From a virus (taxonomy: Duplodnaviria > Caudoviricetes): a stretch of 58,131 bases of DNA. Shown here in pieces: positions 44,906 to 53,643 of this stretch; the stretch's first letter is position 1; every line of letters begins with the position of its first letter. The stretch lies in the IMG/VR virus record IMGVR_UViG_3300048011_000030, positions 1 through 58,131 of that record. One strand, 5' to 3'. A program made the translations under genes and the position numbers. A model generated the notes under the pieces. That model searched no databases. It was not told where the DNA came from and saw only the letters and a list, made by a program, of their open reading frames with translations.

Positions 44906-47061
44906 TGGCTGGTAATAAGTATAAAGAAAAGGTGTCTGATGATAGTCTAATCAATTTGATTGAGACTGGTATTCAGAACTCTACAGGGGAATGGTTAAAC
45001 TCCTCTGATATGACACGGGAACGTCAACGATCTACGTATGAATTTGCAGGTATTGCTGCAGATCACTTAGCACCACAAGGTGTATCTAGTATTGTTGACA
45101 CATCTACTACAGAAACAGTAGAAGCATACACTTCAATCTTGTCTGATTTGTTCTTAAACAATGGTAAATTGGCTAGATTCGTACCATATGACAACTCCCC
45201 AGGCTCTTTTAAGAGTGCTAGGGATGCCTCTATGATTACTAATTATGCTATCTTTAAGCAGAATAATGGGTGGGAACTTATCCAAACCTGGATAAAAAGT
45301 GCCCTATTGTGGAAGAATGGTATCATTCGGTGGGACTATGTAGAGGGTTACGACTACGAGTTTGAAGAATACGAGAAAATCTCTCAAGGCCAGTTGGATA
45401 TCCTCCTTGCTGAAGAAGGAGTTGAGATCATTGGTAACCTAAATTATGAAAATGAATTAGGTGAGTTGAACATGGAGACCGGACAGCAAGATGCTGAGTT
45501 GGTTTATGTTGATGTGCGTATTCGTCGTAAGAATGATAACTCTCGTGTTAAGATAGAAAACATCCCACCAGAATCTTTTAGGATCTCTCGTGATGCTAAG
45601 TCTATTGATGATGCTAGTTTCGTAGGTATCCAGACAATCTTAACTCGCTCAGAGATCCGTAAGATGTGGCCTGATGTTGCAGACAACATTGGTGAAGATG
45701 AATGGGATGAGCTTGGAGATGATACGACTTGGGATGGCAATGGTAGCTATGCAGAGGATATTGCAGCTCGTAAGCTAGTGACAGGTCAGAGTTACCTACA
45801 AGGTCGTATGGCTGATGACATTACAGCATTAGAAGCCAATCGGGAAGTTACCATAACAGAGTGTTGGATTAACGTTGACCGTGATGGTGATGGGGTTGCT
45901 GAACTTAAGCACTTCATTATTGCAGGTGATACAGTCTTGTACGAAAAAGACATAGATATGATTCCAATCGCTTGTCTATCACCTATAGATATCCCATATG
46001 AGTTTTATGGTTTATCTATTGCTGACTTTACACGTTCGTCTACACTAGCATCTACTGCAATCCTTCGTGGGTTTGTTGAGAATACATATCTTACAAACTA
46101 TTCACCAAAGCTTGCTGATCCAAACGTTGTTGATTTCTCTGCTCTCCAAAACATGAGACCAAAACAAATCATTCCAACCAATGGTAATCCTAATGGTGCT
46201 GTGTCATCACTACCACCAGAGGCAATTAGCTCAGGCACTGTACCACTACTCTCACACTTACAGACAATTAAAGAACAAGCAACTGGTATGTCAAAGGCTG
46301 CTCAAGGTCTTAATGATTCCTTGTACGTGTCTGGTAATAGTGAATCAAAGGTGGCTGCAGTTCAATCTGCATCTCAGAAACGTATCCAACACATTGCCCG
46401 TAGGTTTGCAGAGACAGGTATGAAGCGGCTATGTACAGGTGTGTATAAGACAATGCGGAAATGCTTGAAGACTCACTCCAAGTTTAGTTACCAAGGTGTG
46501 TTTGCTGAAATAGATATTATGTCCCTTCCATCCCGTATGGATGTGGAGGTGTTCCTGGATATCGGTGAGAACTCAAATTCAAACATGATTAAAAAGTTTG
46601 AGATGGTTGGTAGTCAAATACTGCCAGCACTGAACAGCCAGGGTCAGGGTGTTGTTATTCGTCCAGAAGCTCCTGCTATCTTAGCTACAAAACTTATAGA
46701 GTCTATGGGTATTGATAGTAATGATTACTTGGAAGACTATACAACGGATGAGTTTAAACAGAAAGCTATGGAAACTGTTAAACAACAAACTGAAAAAGCA
46801 CAGAAGGATGGTGCTATTGCACAACGTAAGATGGAAGCTGATGCATCACTCGCTGAGGCCAATGTTACATTTACCAACGCACAATCTAAGAACACTGTGG
46901 ATGACAACACTAAACAGTTGGCTATCTCTATTGATAAGCATTTCCAAGAGTGGGCAGAAATTGATATCAAGGCTCGTAAAGAAGGTATTGAACCTCCAAT
47001 GCGTCCTGATTTTAATCAGATAACAACTCTTGCAAGGGCTATGATTGCAGGAGAAGCATAA
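44905..47061 (+). CDS. Portal protein (P22-like)
   Basis: 718 aa after terL; P22-type portal motifs (FYGLSIAD, TGMSKAAQG, IARRFAETG) and C-terminal coiled coil. Confidence 0.88.
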   Translation: MAGNKYKEKVSDDSLINLIETGIQNSTGEWLNSSDMTRERQRSTYEFAGIAADHLAPQGVSSIVDTSTTETVEAYTSILSDLFLNNGKLARFVPYDNSPGSFKSARDASMITNYAIFKQNNGWELIQTWIKSALLWKNGIIRWDYVEGYDYEFEEYEKISQGQLDILLAEEGVEIIGNLNYENELGELNMETGQQDAELVYVDVRIRRKNDNSRVKIENIPPESFRISRDAKSIDDASFVGIQTILTRSEIRKMWPDVADNIGEDEWDELGDDTTWDGNGSYAEDIAARKLVTGQSYLQGRMADDITALEANREVTITECWINVDRDGDGVAELKHFIIAGDTVLYEKDIDMIPIACLSPIDIPYEFYGLSIADFTRSSTLASTAILRGFVENTYLTNYSPKLADPNVVDFSALQNMRPKQIIPTNGNPNGAVSSLPPEAISSGTVPLLSHLQTIKEQATGMSKAAQGLNDSLYVSGNSESKVAAVQSASQKRIQHIARRFAETGMKRLCTGVYKTMRKCLKTHSKFSYQGVFAEIDIMSLPSRMDVEVFLDIGENSNSNMIKKFEMVGSQILPALNSQGQGVVIRPEAPAILATKLIESMGIDSNDYLEDYTTDEFKQKAMETVKQQTEKAQKDGAIAQRKMEADASLAEANVTFTNAQSKNTVDDNTKQLAISIDKHFQEWAEIDIKARKEGIEPPMRPDFNQITTLARAMIAGEA

Positions 47062-47080
47062 ATACCAAGGAGGTGGGGGA

Positions 47081-47503
47081 ATGTTTGGATTACCTTTAGA
47101 ACTAATCACGATGCTTTTCTCCACCATACTTGGTGCAGTTATGTCTATCTGGGGGCAGAACACAAAGAATAAGAATGAACAGCAGAAGATGATGATAAGT
47201 GGTATGCAGCAGGCTAGGGATCATGGTAAGAAAGATGTTCACTTCGCGTGGACAAGAAGGATCATAGCCCTCTCTGCTGTATTCTCTATCATCGTGTTAC
47301 CAAAAGCGGTAGCAGTCTTTTACCCAGAAGTAAGTGTTATAGTAGGTTATACCGAAGTACATGGTGGTATAATTAATTGGATATTTGGTGGTGATGGAAC
47401 AGTGAAGTGGCAGTCAGCTACAGGATTTGTTATTACTCCGTTAGATACACACATAGTGTCAGCAATTGTTGGCCTATACTTTGGAGCGGGGTTTACTAAA
47501 TGA
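47081..47503 (+). CDS. Putative holin-like multi-pass membrane protein
   Basis: Three hydrophobic segments, ends IVGLYFG; start moved to MFGLPLE. Confidence 0.5.
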   Translation: MFGLPLELITMLFSTILGAVMSIWGQNTKNKNEQQKMMISGMQQARDHGKKDVHFAWTRRIIALSAVFSIIVLPKAVAVFYPEVSVIVGYTEVHGGIINWIFGGDGTVKWQSATGFVITPLDTHIVSAIVGLYFGAGFTK

Positions 47504-47775
47504 ATCAAGATCAAGAATGGCACCTATCTAAGTCAGTGCCACTGACCTTTGTTGTAGCTATCTTCATACAAACCGTATCATTGGTTTGGTATGTATCTTC
47601 TTTAGACAACAGCATTAAGAACAATGCAAGAGAAATAGTAAGGCATGATGTACGTATTCAATCCTTAGAGACTGTGGTGCAAACTCAAGCCCTTACATTA
47701 GCTCGTATCGATGAGAACATTAAGTCTATCAGGATGATGATGGAGAAGTCAGCTCCTAGTAGAGATCCAAGGTAA
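47500..47775 (+). CDS. Membrane-anchored coiled-coil protein
   Basis: One TM segment followed by a heptad region. Confidence 0.65.
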   Translation: MNQDQEWHLSKSVPLTFVVAIFIQTVSLVWYVSSLDNSIKNNAREIVRHDVRIQSLETVVQTQALTLARIDENIKSIRMMMEKSAPSRDPR

Positions 47776-47948
47776 TGTTATGTGTACTGGTATTTGTTGG
47801 GTGGGGTCACGCATGGATTGATGGTACAAACCAGCTGGCAAAGCAATGCTACTATGATTGCGGGTTGACAAAGAATGGGAGTTGGTATGACAGGATTTAT
47901 AGGGTACACCCAAATTACGTTTGTCCAAGAAGGTTGGTGTTCACATGA
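47775..47948 (+). CDS. Small Cys-containing protein (57 aa), not in ORF track
   Basis: Coupled TAATG and ATGA at both ends. Confidence 0.6.
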   Translation: MLCVLVFVGWGHAWIDGTNQLAKQCYYDCGLTKNGSWYDRIYRVHPNYVCPRRLVFT

Positions 47949-48412
47949 TTGATCCGATTACAGCCATATCGATTGCGGCAAGCGCCGTAAGTAATATGAA
48001 ATCTTTGATGCTTGCAGGTCGTGATGCTTCCTCCGCTCTCTCTAAGTTTGCAGGGGCTGTGTCAGATGTGAACTACGCGGCAGATAAGGCCAAGAATCCT
48101 GGAATCTTTGCGACTCTAACTGGTTCAGCTGAACAGCAAGCGATTGATGCGTTCTCAGCACACAAGAAGATGCAGGCTATGAGGAAGGAAGTTGAGACGC
48201 TGGTGCAGTTTACTTATGGGATGGATGGTCTTGAAGAATATAAAGACACGCTTCGCAAAGTACGCGCTCAACGCAAGAAGACTGCCTATCGACGTGCAGA
48301 ACTAAAACAAGCCCTAATCACTTGGTTCTTTGGTGGGGTAATAGTACTGGCTGGAATTTTTGGATTGGGAGCTGTTCTTTATCTGATCGGTAAACAGCAG
48401 GGGAAATGGTAA
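47945..48412 (+). CDS. Hypothetical protein with C-terminal TM helix
   Basis: Start MIDPITAISIA; ATGA coupling. Confidence 0.7.
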   Translation: MIDPITAISIAASAVSNMKSLMLAGRDASSALSKFAGAVSDVNYAADKAKNPGIFATLTGSAEQQAIDAFSAHKKMQAMRKEVETLVQFTYGMDGLEEYKDTLRKVRAQRKKTAYRRAELKQALITWFFGGVIVLAGIFGLGAVLYLIGKQQGKW

Positions 48413-48425
48413 ATAGGGGATTAAA

Positions 48426-48716
48426 ATGCCAAAGAAAAAAGATTCAAGACTAGTTAATGCTGGGGTGTCAGGTTACAACAAACCTAAGCGTACCCCATCA
48501 CACCCTACTAAATCACACGTGGTGGTTGCAAAAGAAGGTGATAAGATAAAGACAATCCGTTTTGGAGAACAAGGTGCATCAACAGCTGGTGCCCCTAAGT
48601 CTGGTGAGTCTGATAAGATGAAAGCCAAACGTGCAAGCTTTAAAGCCCGTCATGGGAAGAATATCTCAAAGGGTAAGATGTCTGCTGCATATTGGGCAGA
48701 TAAAGAAAAATGGTAG
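48426..48716 (+). CDS. Small highly basic protein 1
   Basis: MPKKK start; SFKARH..SAAYWA. Confidence 0.75.
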   Translation: MPKKKDSRLVNAGVSGYNKPKRTPSHPTKSHVVVAKEGDKIKTIRFGEQGASTAGAPKSGESDKMKAKRASFKARHGKNISKGKMSAAYWADKEKW

Positions 48717-48922
48717 TGGTTGGGTATTTAGGTGTAATACTAATCTGTATGAGTTCTCTAGCTGAACATTGTAACGTTATCACTAGCCCATACATATTCA
48801 TTACGGAAGAAGAGTGTCAGGTAGCCGTTTTAAATGAATCAATAAAGATTAAGAATAAGTACAGCCATGCAAACATAAACCCTAACTGCGTTGGGTTAAA
48901 GTATAATGGAGAACCTGCTTAA
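48710..48922 (+). CDS. Small secreted/membrane Cys-containing protein
   Basis: Hydrophobic N-terminus, four Cys; coupled. Confidence 0.6.
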   Translation: MVVVGYLGVILICMSSLAEHCNVITSPYIFITEEECQVAVLNESIKIKNKYSHANINPNCVGLKYNGEPA

Positions 48923-49104
48923 TGCCAAAGAAAAAATCAACTGTTAATGAAGCAGGTAACTACACTAAACCAACAATGCGTAAAAACCTATTTAACAAAA
49001 TCAAGTCTGGATCTAAGGGTGGTAGTGCAGGTCAATGGTCTGCACGTAAGGCACAACTGTTAGCTAGGGAGTACAAGAAAGCTGGAGGTGGTTATCGTGC
49101 CTAA
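48922..49104 (+). CDS. Small highly basic protein 2 (DUF5872 N-part-like)
   Basis: MPKKK; NYTKPTMR..GQWSARKAQLLAREYKKAGGGY. Confidence 0.72.
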   Translation: MPKKKSTVNEAGNYTKPTMRKNLFNKIKSGSKGGSAGQWSARKAQLLAREYKKAGGGYRA

Positions 49105-49354
49105 GAAAAAATCCCAAACAAGCTTAGACAAGTGGACTAGTGAGAAGTGGGGCACTAAGAGTGGCAAGAACTCCACTCAAGGTAAAGGGGCTACAGGAGA
49201 ACGTTACCTCCCAAAAAAGGCTAGGGACTCCCTGACCTCAAAGGAATACTCTGCGACAAGTGCGGCTAAACGTAAGGGTACTAAACAGGGTAAGCAATAC
49301 GTTGCTCAACCTAAAAAGATAGCCGCTAAGACCTCTAAGTATAGGTCTAAATAA
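49097..49354 (+). CDS. Small highly basic protein 3 (DUF5872 C-part-like)
   Basis: GTG start giving MPKKK; QTSLDKWTSEKW..ERYLPKKA..KQYV. Confidence 0.72.
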   Translation: MPKKKSQTSLDKWTSEKWGTKSGKNSTQGKGATGERYLPKKARDSLTSKEYSATSAAKRKGTKQGKQYVAQPKKIAAKTSKYRSK

Positions 49355-49376
49355 TTATAACCAATAAGGAAACAAG

Positions 49377-49682
49377 ATGGAAAAGTATAAAGTTGCAGCA
49401 GAGAAGATGCTGAAAGGAAATACACATCCGGATCTGATAGCGAAGGAAGCACTTGTACGTGCGCAATTTTCTTCTCAACAACGGGAAGGTTTCTTCAATG
49501 AAGCCTATGGGGAGTTGCTGGTGCAATACTTTACTGCCTGGTTGGGCACAGATCCACACGAAGTTAAAACACGTGAGTTCATATATAACTCAGCCCTTGC
49601 GCTGGGAGATGTTAAACAGAAGTTGATTAACTTTGAAACATACGGAAAAAACGTACCATACATTGAGGACAACGCACAATGA
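49377..49682 (+). CDS. Hypothetical head-module protein
   Basis: RBS aagga; lies before the scaffold gene. Confidence 0.7.
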   Translation: MEKYKVAAEKMLKGNTHPDLIAKEALVRAQFSSQQREGFFNEAYGELLVQYFTAWLGTDPHEVKTREFIYNSALALGDVKQKLINFETYGKNVPYIEDNAQ

Positions 49683-49885
49683 ATAATATCGATTACGAGC
49701 AGTTGATAGCTAATATTAAAAATATGATTAACCTGTTAGAGTACGACTCTATGCGATCTCCAGGTAAAGCTAAACTGAATTGCAATCAACTTGGAGCTAT
49801 GTACGGTCTATTAGATCGATACACCTCTAAGCAAGAAACATCCGTACCAAAGGCAACCAAGCCTGCGGCTAAAAAAGAAGGATAA
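49679..49885 (+). CDS. Hypothetical protein
   Basis: ATGA-coupled. Confidence 0.65.
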   Translation: MNNIDYEQLIANIKNMINLLEYDSMRSPGKAKLNCNQLGAMYGLLDRYTSKQETSVPKATKPAAKKEG

Positions 49886-49891
49886 TATAAC

Positions 49892-50983
49892 ATGTCAGAA
49901 CAAAATGAATCTCTACCCGCAATGGATGATGTTCCCAGTTCTGCTGGTCCAAGCGAACAAGAACTCCTAGATGCCGTACTATCTAATACCGAATTTCTTC
50001 GGGATGATGATGTGCCGCTACCAGAAGAGGAGATCGAGTACGAGGATCCGGAAGCAACTGCTGAGGAAGACCCAGATGTAGCAGATGCCGCCGTTAGCGA
50101 TGAAGAGTCTGAGGAAGATACAGAAGAGACAGAAGATGAGGATGGCGCGGAAGCCCCTACCCAAGAAGCTACTGTGTTTACTGTTGATGATCTAGACTTA
50201 GATGCAAAAGTCTCTGTCAAAATTGACGGGGAGGAAATGGAAGTCTCATTTGCTGATCTGCTTAAAGGCTATCAGACAGATGCTTCACTCTCTAAAAAGG
50301 GTCGTGAACTCGGAGAGGCGCGTAAAGCCATTGATGAAGAACGTGTTGCTAAGCTATCTGAAATCACAAAGATGTCAGAGGCTACTAATGCAATGCTAAC
50401 AATGGACGAACAAAAACTGGCTAAGGAATACCATGATGTTGAAGCCAAGATTAAAGAAGCTAGGGATAGTGGGGACACTTATGAACTAAGTGATCTCAAG
50501 GATCAACGTGAACAAGCACAGCAGAAATACTGGGCTGCACGTAGTACTCGTGAGAATCTTTTAAAGAATGTTGAACAACAGAGAACAAAACTTCAGGAAG
50601 AGAAGTTTGAATCCCAAATGCAACACTTCCAAGAGGTAATCCCACAGATGATCCCTGACTTTAATGAAAAGGTTGCAGTTGAAATTCGAGACTTTGCTCT
50701 TGAGAATGGTATTGCAGACGAACTTTTAAATTCGGTTATGGACCCCAATGTTGTAAAATTCATTGATGACTATCGCAGATTAAAGAATGGAATTACGAAA
50801 GGCGCTGCAAAGCGTAAAGATATTCCAACTAAGAAGGTTCCGACTAAGAAACCAGCGGCTGCTAATAAAAAAGCAGCTGATAAAGAAAAAATGGTGAAGG
50901 CCCGTGCATTTAAAGAAGGTGCATCTAAAGATGACCAAATGGAATTCCTTCGCCAATACGCCTCCAACTCTCTAACTAAATAA
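49892..50983 (+). CDS. Capsid scaffolding protein
   Basis: Very acidic N-terminus, VKIDGEEMEV..LLKGYQ, coiled coil, basic C-terminus; directly before the MCP. Confidence 0.85.
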   Translation: MSEQNESLPAMDDVPSSAGPSEQELLDAVLSNTEFLRDDDVPLPEEEIEYEDPEATAEEDPDVADAAVSDEESEEDTEETEDEDGAEAPTQEATVFTVDDLDLDAKVSVKIDGEEMEVSFADLLKGYQTDASLSKKGRELGEARKAIDEERVAKLSEITKMSEATNAMLTMDEQKLAKEYHDVEAKIKEARDSGDTYELSDLKDQREQAQQKYWAARSTRENLLKNVEQQRTKLQEEKFESQMQHFQEVIPQMIPDFNEKVAVEIRDFALENGIADELLNSVMDPNVVKFIDDYRRLKNGITKGAAKRKDIPTKKVPTKKPAAANKKAADKEKMVKARAFKEGASKDDQMEFLRQYASNSLTK

Positions 50984-51004
50984 TATCCTAGGAGGATTAA
51001 TAAA

Positions 51005-52075
51005 ATGGCAACTACAGGTGGGCGTAATATCGCCACAGCTCGTGGAGCAACAGGCACTGGTAAAGACGTTTCAAACCGTGAGGATCTAGCGAATTTCATT
51101 TCGATGATCACACGTGATGAGACTCCTTTCTTGTCTTCAATCGGTAAATCTAAAGCAACCAACATCTATCACGAATGGCAAACCGACGAGCTCACAGCTC
51201 CAGGCAACTCTCGTGTAGCTGAAGGCGCAGACTTCTTGGCAGCTGGTGCTACACCTGCTTCTGGCGATGGTTCAGCTTCTACAGCAATTGGTCCAATGCG
51301 TACACGCTTGGGTAACTACACACAAATCAACAGCAAAACAATTTCTGTATCAGGTAGCCGCCGTGCAATCGATCAAGCTGGTGTTGCTGATGAGTATGCA
51401 TATCAGCTGAAAAAGCGTGGCACAGAAATGCGCCGTGATATGGAGTTTGACATTGTAAACACATACAACAAGCAGACTACTTCTGGCGCTCGTCAGACTG
51501 GTGGTTATCAGTCGTTTGTAAACAGTGGTGATACTTGTGTATTTAAAGGTGACTTTACTGCACCCTCAACAGCTAATGCTGGTACTGAAGTTATCACAGT
51601 TGCCGCTGGTGGTGCTAAAGCTGCTTTGGCTCTTACAGACATTGATTCAGTTATGCAGAAGATCTATGAGAGTGGTGGTTCAGCTACTCGTATCATGGTT
51701 TCTCCAAAACTTCGCCGTGATTTCTCTGACCTTATGGTTAATGACACAGGCGTTCGTCGTAACATCGACGAAGATGGTAAGCTCCGCCAGTCGGTAGACG
51801 TTTACATGTCAGACTTTGGTGACTTGATGGTAGTTCCAAACTACATCATGGGCCTTGCCCACACAACTACTGACGCAACCACAACACAGTTCGACGCTGC
51901 AGACTCTGCCGCATTGATCTATGATCCACAGTGGTTTGCAATGGCGACATTGCGTCCAATGCAGGAAGTTGAAGTTGGTCAGAAAGGTGACTCAACTGTT
52001 GGCATGTTTATCGAGGAATGGTCTTTGGAAGTTAAAAATCCAAAAGGCTGTGGCGCGGTTTACGGTCTAGAGTAA
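51005..52075 (+). CDS. Major capsid protein (SU10/DUF5309-like)
   Basis: NREDL..I...ETPFLS.IGK..HEWQTD..RLGNYTQI..QLKKR..EMRRDME; strong RBS and biased codons. Confidence 0.9.
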   Translation: MATTGGRNIATARGATGTGKDVSNREDLANFISMITRDETPFLSSIGKSKATNIYHEWQTDELTAPGNSRVAEGADFLAAGATPASGDGSASTAIGPMRTRLGNYTQINSKTISVSGSRRAIDQAGVADEYAYQLKKRGTEMRRDMEFDIVNTYNKQTTSGARQTGGYQSFVNSGDTCVFKGDFTAPSTANAGTEVITVAAGGAKAALALTDIDSVMQKIYESGGSATRIMVSPKLRRDFSDLMVNDTGVRRNIDEDGKLRQSVDVYMSDFGDLMVVPNYIMGLAHTTTDATTTQFDAADSAALIYDPQWFAMATLRPMQEVEVGQKGDSTVGMFIEEWSLEVKNPKGCGAVYGLE

Positions 52076-52083
52076 CTATAATA

Positions 52084-52120
52084 AGGGGAGGGAGATTATT
52101 TCTCCTTCCCTATTTTTATT
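52084..52120 (+). terminator. Intrinsic terminator after the capsid gene
   Basis: aggggagggaga-ttatt-tctccttccct followed by atttttatt. Confidence 0.78.
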
Positions 52121-52139
52121 CTATTAGGAGGTATAGAAC

Positions 52140-52376
52140 ATGATGGTAATCAAAGGGACAATCCCAGCAGATACACTTGGAAATAACTTAGTAACAGACC
52201 TACTACACTTACCAGCAGACACTTGTGCTTGGACATCTTCACCACGATCCGGTGGTGGATATCAAATTGATAAAGCATTTTTTATTTACCCACATGGAAC
52301 TGGGAGTGTAATAATCACTAACCCAACCTTGGGATACATTGGTAAGTCTGGTCGATTCGTAGAGATGGCAACTTAA
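52140..52376 (+). CDS. Hypothetical virion protein
   Basis: RBS ggaggt. Confidence 0.65.
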   Translation: MMVIKGTIPADTLGNNLVTDLLHLPADTCAWTSSPRSGGGYQIDKAFFIYPHGTGSVIITNPTLGYIGKSGRFVEMAT

Positions 52377-52391
52377 TAAGAGGAAGAGGAC

Positions 52392-52727
52392 ATGGCACGT
52401 TGGGATGTAATACCTAGCACAGAGAACAGTACGATTAAGGGTACTATCCAGTGCGATGAGGATGGGTCGAGTCACTGGCAGGTGTATCAGGATGAGAAAC
52501 CTTTCCTAGAGCAGGCTAAAAAGGATCGTGATCTTTCGGACAGTGGGTTTAATAAGAAAGACCTAGGGTTTAAAAAGTTCGCTACAGTTCCTGATATCGT
52601 AGCCATTGAAATAAAAAACAAGTGGGGCATTGATTTGCATGATTCGGCAACGATGAAAGATAAAGACATGATGGCTAAGTTCATGGTTATCTTCAAGCAA
52701 AACTACCCCCACCTCATGTCTTATTAA
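52392..52727 (+). CDS. Hypothetical protein
   Basis: RBS gagga; KKFATVPDIVAIEI motif. Confidence 0.7.
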   Translation: MARWDVIPSTENSTIKGTIQCDEDGSSHWQVYQDEKPFLEQAKKDRDLSDSGFNKKDLGFKKFATVPDIVAIEIKNKWGIDLHDSATMKDKDMMAKFMVIFKQNYPHLMSY

Positions 52728-52738
52728 GGAGATTTAAG

Positions 52739-53632
52739 ATGGCAACATACGTAGAATTTGTAGGATCTGGTGACTTCACTGGTGATAACGCAGGGTTGAT
52801 TAGATCCTGGGCAAACAGAGATGTTTCTGTATTGTCTAACTCAGTGGTGACGCGGTGTTTTAATTACGCAGCAGATAAAGCTTACAGAACTCTACGTGTG
52901 CCACCACTAGAAATTACTAGGCTTTATGATGTAAATGGTACGCAAGAAGAAATTGATGCAGCAGGAGCATCAGGAGATTTACCAGATATTGGGCCAAGTG
53001 CTTATCAAGGTGGCAATGTACTCACTATGCCAACCCCCAAAGATTTAATTGATATTGTATTTATACGTAATGCTAACACAACAATTAAAAACCAAGGCAT
53101 TGTATATAACGAAAAAGTAGACGTTAGAACCTTTAATGATGGTTATAGTCAAACTAAAGATTTCAACTTTTATACCAGAATAGGAGACGAAATAAAACTT
53201 CACGGTAAGTTTGCTAGAGGAGATGTACTAGAAATTCATTACTACAGACGTTTACCCGCACTAGATGCTACTTACTCTGCTACTTACAATAACTGGAAAG
53301 CAGGACTAGGTACTTTAGATATCAGTGGCGTAGCAACAACTTACTCCGCTGCCGTAGATAAAACAGAAGCTTCTTTTGACACAAGGCTGGCAGAAGATTC
53401 TTCTTATTGGGTAGGTAATGAAGCAGCTCATTGGTTAAGAGATGAAAATGAAAGGATCGTTTTGTTTGGGGCACTGTTAGAGGTATCTATATATTTAAAT
53501 GATAATGAAGAAATACAAAAGTATCAAATATTATTTGATCAAGAGATATCAGAATTAAACAAAGAAGAGCTGATTCGTAAAACAAAAGGCGGCAACTTAG
53601 CAATGTCATTCGCATACGATAACTTGCTGTAG
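52739..53632 (+). CDS. Head-tail adaptor / tail tubular protein A
   Basis: IRSWANR..AYRTLRVP..EIHYYRRLPAL..HWLRD..VLFGAL pattern; position after the MCP. Confidence 0.7.
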   Translation: MATYVEFVGSGDFTGDNAGLIRSWANRDVSVLSNSVVTRCFNYAADKAYRTLRVPPLEITRLYDVNGTQEEIDAAGASGDLPDIGPSAYQGGNVLTMPTPKDLIDIVFIRNANTTIKNQGIVYNEKVDVRTFNDGYSQTKDFNFYTRIGDEIKLHGKFARGDVLEIHYYRRLPALDATYSATYNNWKAGLGTLDISGVATTYSAAVDKTEASFDTRLAEDSSYWVGNEAAHWLRDENERIVLFGALLEVSIYLNDNEEIQKYQILFDQEISELNKEELIRKTKGGNLAMSFAYDNLL

Positions 53633-53643
53633 AGGAGTGTACG

